64,000 bases of DNA from an uncultured Acidimicrobiaceae bacterium (lineage in GTDB: Bacteria; Actinomycetota; Acidimicrobiia; Acidimicrobiales; Bog-793), in assembly GCA_963725215.1 (NCBI GenBank), contig CAVRXQ010000007.1, positions 658,743 to 722,742 of the forward strand. The letters run 5' to 3'. Both the position numbers and the translations under genes were made by a program. A model generated the notes under the pieces. That model did not search any database. It was not told the origin of the DNA and saw only the letters and a program-made list of their open reading frames with translations. Shown piece by piece: positions 58,178-64,000 of this stretch (positions within the stretch are counted from its first letter, which is position 1; every line of letters starts with the position of its first letter).

Positions 58178-59568
58178 CCTTTGTTCGTCCCGTCATTCTC
58201 AACTTGTGCGAATGCGGCTGAGTTATCGACACGGCAGGTGAAGTTGATCGCCGAATGCTGCGCGGAATTCGTCGTGCCGAACATGTACCGCCCGGTTGCA
58301 CCGTTGATCGCGTACAGCCCGTAGGGGGAACCGACGAGGACGTCGTTCCAGGTCTCGACGGGGGAGAGCGGCGCGAGGACCGGCGAGGAGAAGATCGTCG
58401 AACCACGTATCGGCGTCGACCACAGCATCTTTCCCTGGCCGTTCCAGGCGCTGACGGCCGACTCGTTCGTTCCGAGGCAGGAAGGGATCGTCCGACCCGC
58501 GCAGACCCATGAACTCTCGACGACCGCCGGCATTCCCGTCGGGTCTACCTTGCCGATCGCGGGGGCGTTGATCGCCGGTCCGGGCGCGACCACCGGCCAA
58601 CCGGGGACGGGCCGACCGTTGTCGGCGTAGAAGGCGAAGACCTTGTTCGTGTCGGAGGTGAACGGCTGCTCGTAGTAGCCGGTCCCGATGACGACCGCGG
58701 CTCGCTTCGTCCCGTTGATCACCCCGACCGCCGGGCTCGACCAGATCGACTGGTTCTCGCAGTGGCGCCACACGAGCGCGACCCGTCCGCCCGTATCGCG
58801 GTACGCGCTCACCCATCCGCCTTGACAGCCGTCGAGGCCGGAGGCGTCACCGCCGATGAAGATGGTCTCGCCGACGGTGCCGGGCAGGTGGTACAGCGCG
58901 GGCGACGACCAGATCGTGTCGGCGGTGTTGACTGGAAATCCCGACAAGAGCTTGCCCTTCGGGCTCAGCGCGTAGATCCGGTGGTCCCAAGACCCGAAGA
59001 CGACGTCTTGCTGCGCGCCGCCGGTCAGAGCACCGACCGCCGGTGAGGAGAGCACGCCCGGCGCGGTGCCCGCCGCCACGCCGACGTGGAACAACCAGCG
59101 CACCTTGCCGCGAAGCGTGAAGGCTTCAACCTCTCGCTGGGTGTTCGGGACGAATCGAGATGCGGTGCCGACAACGATCGACGGCGGGGCTTTCGGGCCG
59201 TTCAAAAAGCCGATCGCCGGGCTCCCTTCGATCGCTACCACCCCGCCGCCCGGGTCCTTCATCCGCATCGGCCAACCCGGGAGCTCGTTGCCGGTCGCCG
59301 CGTTGACGACGTGGACGTAGCCCTGCTCGTCGCCGACGGCGAGGATCGTCGTGCCGTCGTAGGTGACCACCGAGGGCGAGCTTTGGGCGATTGATCCCGG
59401 GCTGCACCTCGCCCAGGAAGCGGACGGGAAGTCGACACCCGTGGCGACCGGGACGGCGCACGATGCCGAATGCGGGCGGACGGACGCGGAGGAGGCGACC
59501 GGCGCGACGACGGCGGCGCCCGCGACCAGGAGGGCCGCGCAGGCCCCGATCATGGGTCGGCGGGTCAT
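57991..59568 (-). CDS. secreted FG-GAP/PQQ-like beta-propeller protein, paralog 3
   Basis: Start at ATG 59568 gives MTRRPMIGACAALLVAGAAVVAPVASSA. Closely parallels paralog 1 (SSPSVVTYDGTTILAVGDEQGYVHVVNAATGNELPGWP, DVVFGSWDHRIYALSPKGKLLSGFP). C-terminal WPMFHQNAEHLG. Confidence 0.78.
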   Translation of the reverse strand: MTRRPMIGACAALLVAGAAVVAPVASSASVRPHSASCAVPVATGVDFPSASWARCSPGSIAQSSPSVVTYDGTTILAVGDEQGYVHVVNAATGNELPGWPMRMKDPGGGVVAIEGSPAIGFLNGPKAPPSIVVGTASRFVPNTQREVEAFTLRGKVRWLFHVGVAAGTAPGVLSSPAVGALTGGAQQDVVFGSWDHRIYALSPKGKLLSGFPVNTADTIWSSPALYHLPGTVGETIFIGGDASGLDGCQGGWVSAYRDTGGRVALVWRHCENQSIWSSPAVGVINGTKRAAVVIGTGYYEQPFTSDTNKVFAFYADNGRPVPGWPVVAPGPAINAPAIGKVDPTGMPAVVESSWVCAGRTIPSCLGTNESAVSAWNGQGKMLWSTPIRGSTIFSSPVLAPLSPVETWNDVLVGSPYGLYAINGATGRYMFGTTNSAQHSAINFTCRVDNSAAFAQVENDGTNKGWYVFEACGGPEEFHHVGEIVGYPMGFTPALTAAAWPMFHQNAEHLGVAITTRFGLPHSGQS

Positions 59569-59739
59569 ATTCACGCTCCGTAGTCTACTCGCCACGTAGA
59601 GTGGTTGCCAATTGTTCACGCAACGTCATCTGTTCACTACGGCGCGTGTTTGCCAGTTGTGGAGGTACGGGATCTTCCTGTTCCCCTACGCTTGTGCAAC
59701 TCGATCGCTGCCTTTGCGAGGACAGGGACGCACCGGAAC

Positions 59740-60954
59740 ATGGCTCGGAAGAACCGTTCGCTTGCAACGATCGCCTTCGTCACTCCGCGCTACGGAGCTG
59801 GCGTCGTCGGCGGCTCAGAGGCGGTGATGGCTGAGGCGGCCCGCGGGCTCGCCGCCAGGGGATACAACGTCGAGGTGCTGACGACGTGCGCTCGGTCCCA
59901 CTTCAGCTGGGCGAACGAGTTCGATCCGGGCACGTTCATCGACCGCGGCGTCACTGTTCGGCGGTTCAAGACCGTGACCGGCGCGGGGCTCCGTTCACGC
60001 TTTGGTCTCGACCAGCGCGTCCAGCGGGGTGAGCGGCTCGACTCTGGGGAAGAGGTCGCTTGGGCGAACGACCGTTTCCGAGTTCCCGAGCTCTACCTGC
60101 ACCTTTTCGCGCACGGCAGAAGCTACGACGCGATCGTGCTTTCGCCGTATCTCTTCTGGTCGACGATCTACGGCGCGCAGGTCGCCCCGGAGCGATCGGT
60201 GATCATGCCGTGCCTTCACGACGAGCCGTATTCCCAGCTCGGAATCGTGCGGTCGACGCTCGGCTCCGCGGCTGGGCTGTGGTTCCTCTCCGAGCCCGAA
60301 CACCTTCTCGCACACCGACTCGCCCCGGCGCTCTCGCCGCGCCACTCGGTCGTCGGCGCGGCGGTCGAGATCCCCGAGCACTATGACCCGGCCGGGTTCC
60401 GCGAACGCCACGGCCTTTCCTCCCCGTTCGTCCTGTTCGCCGGGCGGCGCGAACCGGGGAAGGGCTGGGATTCGATGTTGCGCGCCTTCGCCCGGGTCGT
60501 CGCGATCGGAGACGTCGCGCTCGACTTGGTGACGACCGGCGTCGGCGAGCCGGAGATCCCGGACGGACTCGCCGGTCGGGTGCGCGACCTCGGCTACTTA
60601 GAGCCAGACGAGTTGGCGAGTGCGTTCGCCGCCGCCGAGGCGCTCGTGCAGCCGAGCCCCAACGAAAGCTTCTCGCGCACCTTGATGGAGGCGTGGCTGG
60701 CGGGGACGCCGGTGATCGCGACGGCGACGGGTGAGGTGGTCACCTGGCACTGCGAGCGCTCGGGGGGCGGGATCACCTACGCCGACGACTTCGAATTCGC
60801 GGAGTGCCTCCGCTTCGTCATCGAGGCGCCGAAGGCCGCGGCGGAACTGGCGGCGAAAGGGCGCGAGTACGTCCTCGAGCACTACACCTGGGACAAGGTG
60901 CTCGACGAGATGGAACGGTCGCTCGCAGACCTCGACCGCTCGCTCAAGCGATGA
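59740..60954 (+). CDS. GT4-family (GT-B fold) glycosyltransferase
   Basis: N-terminus IAFVTPRYGAGVVGGSEAV. The C-terminal EX7E-type region reads PSPNESFSRTLMEAWLAGTPVIA. Start is at ATG 59740. Confidence 0.82.
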   Translation: MARKNRSLATIAFVTPRYGAGVVGGSEAVMAEAARGLAARGYNVEVLTTCARSHFSWANEFDPGTFIDRGVTVRRFKTVTGAGLRSRFGLDQRVQRGERLDSGEEVAWANDRFRVPELYLHLFAHGRSYDAIVLSPYLFWSTIYGAQVAPERSVIMPCLHDEPYSQLGIVRSTLGSAAGLWFLSEPEHLLAHRLAPALSPRHSVVGAAVEIPEHYDPAGFRERHGLSSPFVLFAGRREPGKGWDSMLRAFARVVAIGDVALDLVTTGVGEPEIPDGLAGRVRDLGYLEPDELASAFAAAEALVQPSPNESFSRTLMEAWLAGTPVIATATGEVVTWHCERSGGGITYADDFEFAECLRFVIEAPKAAAELAAKGREYVLEHYTWDKVLDEMERSLADLDRSLKR

Positions 60955-61706
60955 GGGTCCTCGTCGTCGGGACGCTCCCGCCACCAGGTGGGGAGGCCGC
61001 GCGGGCGCTCGCCGACGCCGCGAACGAGCTCAGGGACGAGGGACACGACGTCGAACTGATGTCGCCGGATTTCCGCAGTGCCGCGCACCGCCACGCCCGC
61101 CTCGACGGTCCGTTGCTCGCCGCTTGGCTCGCGTACCTCTCGCCGCGATTCGACGCCGTGGTCGTGCGCTTCGAGCCGGGATTCCCTCTCCGCCCGCACG
61201 CCAGCCGAGCGCTTCGCGCGGCGACGCTCTACGCGCTCGGCGCCGCGCTCGGACGCTTCGATCACGTCACCATTCGCTTCGACGGGGGGCCGTCCATCCC
61301 CCGCGGCCTCGGTGGACGAGCAATGGGGAACGTGTGGGCCGCGACGTCGAAGGTCGTCGTGGCGAGCGAGGACAAGCGCGCCGAGCTGATCGCGGCGTCC
61401 GGGCTCCCCGAAGACGACGTCACCGTGGCAACGGCGCGCACGACGCCAGCGCAACCGTTGCGCGAGGGCTGGACGCTCGCCGACGACGAGGATTTGCGGA
61501 CAGGGGTCTCGTCGCTTATTCGCCAGCGCGCCGACCGCACCCGGCGAGCGGATCTAGCGCTCAGGGGTTTCGTCGACGACGCCGAGGCGGTCTCGCGGTC
61601 GCCGCTCGAGGGGTCGGTGCCCGCCTGGACGCTCGCCTCGGTCTTGCATGAGGCGGCGTCCGCGGTCCGCGTCGTCGGCCGACGAGTGCTCTCGTCGGGC
61701 GCCTGA
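60951..61706 (+). CDS. hypothetical protein with a GT-B N-terminal-half-like beginning
   Basis: 251 aa. MRVLVVGTLPPPGGEAARALADAANELRDEGHDVEL resembles the first Rossmann strand-helix of GT-B enzymes, but no donor-binding C-terminal motifs are seen. ATGA overlap with the GT4 gene. Confidence 0.5.
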   Translation: MRVLVVGTLPPPGGEAARALADAANELRDEGHDVELMSPDFRSAAHRHARLDGPLLAAWLAYLSPRFDAVVVRFEPGFPLRPHASRALRAATLYALGAALGRFDHVTIRFDGGPSIPRGLGGRAMGNVWAATSKVVVASEDKRAELIAASGLPEDDVTVATARTTPAQPLREGWTLADDEDLRTGVSSLIRQRADRTRRADLALRGFVDDAEAVSRSPLEGSVPAWTLASVLHEAASAVRVVGRRVLSSGA

Positions 61707-61882
61707 ACAGGGACGACTTCAGGCCCTGCGACGCCGCGTCTCGGAGTGCTCGGCGTAAGGACAAGTAGCATCTTTCTCCGCGTCCCCGGTCTGAGCCGCA
61801 CCCCGAAGGAGTCCGATCTTGGCGCGCCCCCGCCGATGGCGGTGAGCGCCGCGAGACGAGCCGGCGCAGCACAGACGCGCGG

Positions 61883-62877
61883 TTGTCCGTCCCGACCGAG
61901 GTGCAGATCGTCATGGGGATAGCGAGCAGAACGAGTGGCCCGATGGCTGATCGACGCGCGCAACGCGCCGTGGGCGGCACAGGCGAGCTCCCGGCGCGCG
62001 TCGTTTCTTCCAGGGTCAACCTACGGACACGAATTCGCGACCTGTGGGGCGCGCGCGAACTGTTCGTCTTCCTCGTCCGCAAGGACTTGAAGGTGAAGTA
62101 CAAGAACAGCTTCCTCGGGTTTTTGTGGTCGATGGTGAACCCGGCCGTCGTGCTGGGCGTGTACTACATGGTGTTCCGCTACGTCTTGAAGTCGGGAATC
62201 CCCGACTTCGCCCTCTACCTGTTCTCGGGGCTGATCGTCTGGAACCTGTTCTCTGTAGCCCTCAGCAGCGCGACGGGCGTCATCGTGGCGAGCGCGGGGA
62301 TCGTAAAGAAGGTCGCGTTCCCCGCGAGGTCCTTCCCCTCGCCCAGGTCGGAACGGCGTCGGTGTTCTTTTTCTTCCAGGCGATCGTCATGATCGGGTTC
62401 CTGCTCGGCTTCCAGTACGCCCCGTCGTGGAAGTACATGCCGGTGCTGTTATGGGCGCTGCTCGACCTCATCGTGCTCACGTCTGCGTGCGCGGTCTTCC
62501 TCTCTGCCGTCAACGTCTACTTCCGCGACGTCCAGCACCTGATCGGCGTCGTCTTGCAGGCGTGGTTCTGGGTCGCGCCGATTATCTACAGCTACAACCT
62601 CGTCTATGGCCTGTTCAAACGGCACGACCTTCACGTTCTCACGACTTTGTACCTAATCGATCCGGTGACACCGATCATCTTGGCGTTCCAGCGCGCTCTG
62701 TACGGCAAGGTGACGGTTCGGACGCCGACCAACCCGCACCTCGTGGTGCTCTCGAACTACCCGTACCACTTCTACCTCGAGATGCTCGCGATCTTGCTCG
62801 TCGCCGGCGTCGTCGCCTTCTTCGGGGCGATGCTGGTCTTCGCACGCATCGAAGGCAACTTCGCGCAGGAGCTATGA
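61883..62877 (+). CDS. ABC-2-type polysaccharide/glycan export permease (Wzm/TagG-like), interrupted by a 1-nt deletion in the C-run 62320-62323
   Basis: The first ORF has LFVFLVRKDLKVKYKNSFLGFLWSMVNPA and GIVKKVAFP. The second ORF continues REVLPLAQVGTASVFFFFQAIVM...VNVYFRDVQHLIGVVLQAWFW.PIIY. The start may be ATG 61913 or 61943. Confidence 0.82.
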
Positions 62878-62884
62878 CGCCGAG

Positions 62885-64000
62885 ATGAGCTACGCGGTCG
62901 AGATCCAGCACCTGTCGAAGAGCTTCCGGCTCTACCAGGAGAAGTACTCGTCGCTGAAAGAGCGCGTCGTGCACGCCGGCCACATCCCCTACGACGAGTT
63001 CTGGGCGCTGAAAGACGTCGACGCCTCCTTCGAGTCCAGCCACACGATCGGCATGCTCGGTCGCAACGGCTCGGGGAAGTCGACGTTGCTCAAATGCATC
63101 GCTGGCATCTTGCAGCCGACGTCGGGTCAAGTCGTCGTGCGGGGCAAGGTCGCGGCGATGCTCGAGCTCGGTGCAGGATTCGAGCACGACCTTTCAGGAC
63201 GCGACAACGTCTATCTGAATGGGACGTTGCTCGGCATGTCGAGAAAAGAGATCCGCCGCCGCTTCGACGAGATCGTCGCCTTCGCCGAACTCGAACAGTT
63301 CATTGACAACCAGGTGAAGTACTACTCGTCGGGGATGGTCGTTCGACTCGGCTTCTCGGTCGCGATCAGCATGGAACCGGACGTGTTGCTCGTCGACGAG
63401 GTACTCGCGGTCGGAGACGAGCGTTTCCAACAAAAGTGTCTGGAGCGTGTGGGGAAGTTCCAACAGGAGGGGCGGACGATCGTCGTCGTCTCGCACTCGG
63501 CCGACAGCCTGCGCGAGATGTGCGACGCGATCTTGGTGCTCGACCACGGCCAAGTCGTTTCCTTCGCCCCCCCGGGCGAGGCGATCCGCGCGTTTCGCGA
63601 GGGGCTTTTGGAAACCGAGTCGGCGGCCGCGGAGACAATCGGCGCCGCCCCGAACCTCCGGCAAGTCGAGATCACCGGGGCCTCGGTCGACCATCCCGGA
63701 TCTGGCGAACGGCCATACGTGGTGACGGGTGAACCGCTCACCGTGCACCTCGAGTACCTCGTGCGTTCCGCGGTCGACTCCGCCCAGTTCGAGATCGAGG
63801 TCCTCTCCGACAAGACCGGGCGGCTCTATCTGAACCGCACCGGAGCCGAGGACTCCTTAATGCTCGCGCCGGGAGCGGGCTCTGTCTCGTTCCGCTTCGA
63901 TGAGATCCCGCTTTTGGACGGGAGATATACGGTCAATTTGTCCGTTCGCAGCTCCGGAGGCGTTGTCCTCGCCATCGCCGAGCCAGCGTGTGCGTTCGAA
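62885..64000 (+). CDS. ABC transporter ATP-binding protein, Wzt/TagH-like with C-terminal extension (partial, runs off the window)
   Basis: Not in the ORF track because there is no stop in the window; translated by hand from ATG 62885. Walker A GRNGSGKST, signature YSSGMVVRL, Walker B VLLVDEVLAVGD, H-loop VVSHS, then a beta-rich C-terminal domain (EITGASVDHP...FEIEVLSDKTG). Confidence 0.88.
   Translation, partial: MSYAVEIQHLSKSFRLYQEKYSSLKERVVHAGHIPYDEFWALKDVDASFESSHTIGMLGRNGSGKSTLLKCIAGILQPTSGQVVVRGKVAAMLELGAGFEHDLSGRDNVYLNGTLLGMSRKEIRRRFDEIVAFAELEQFIDNQVKYYSSGMVVRLGFSVAISMEPDVLLVDEVLAVGDERFQQKCLERVGKFQQEGRTIVVVSHSADSLREMCDAILVLDHGQVVSFAPPGEAIRAFREGLLETESAAAETIGAAPNLRQVEITGASVDHPGSGERPYVVTGEPLTVHLEYLVRSAVDSAQFEIEVLSDKTGRLYLNRTGAEDSLMLAPGAGSVSFRFDEIPLLDGRYTVNLSVRSSGGVVLAIAEPACAFE

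Overview
GC-rich, gene-dense chromosomal core segment. Gene order looks Actinomycetota-like, probably an MreB-containing deep-branching lineage; this is inferred from synteny only. Conserved blocks in order: ABC-2-like permease, tRNA-Gly, ROK glucokinase, tRNA-Pro, tig-clpP-clpX-folC-ndk, mreB-mreC-mreD-PBP2, rne/rng-rplU-rpmA-obg-proB-proA, nadD-rsfS, an mtrA/mtrB/lpqB-like operon, xerC, and rpsB-tsf-pyrH-frr-cdsA-dxr-rseP-ispG. These are followed by a DUF929-VKOR pair, a membrane protein with an SbcD-like/SbcC-like pair, and assorted metabolic genes. The last ~10 kb is envelope-related: three paralogous secreted beta-propellers around an orphan second clpP and tRNA-Leu, then a GT4 and Wzm/Wzt-type glycan export locus that runs off the window end. 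I found no CRISPR array, rRNA, intact mobile element or obvious defence island. Observations worth a second look: (1) six reading-frame breaks in conserved genes (BKACE, tig, obg, DAHP synthase, rseP, wzm-like), most simply assembly indels, one of which creates an apparent Obg-ProB fusion ORF; (2) a ~650-bp decayed 3-prime remnant of a group II intron with a recognisable domain V; (3) a DUF929 protein with a CPFC motif coupled to VKOR; (4) a possible three-gene operon of a GT-C-like membrane protein, an SbcD-like nuclease and an SMC-like ATPase carrying a transmembrane hairpin; (5) the propeller paralog cluster; (6) a secreted poly-Thr-linker protein with six ~41-aa repeats and a GH25/Rv2525c-like domain, coupled to DAHP synthase. 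All family calls come from reading motifs by eye; no database search was run.
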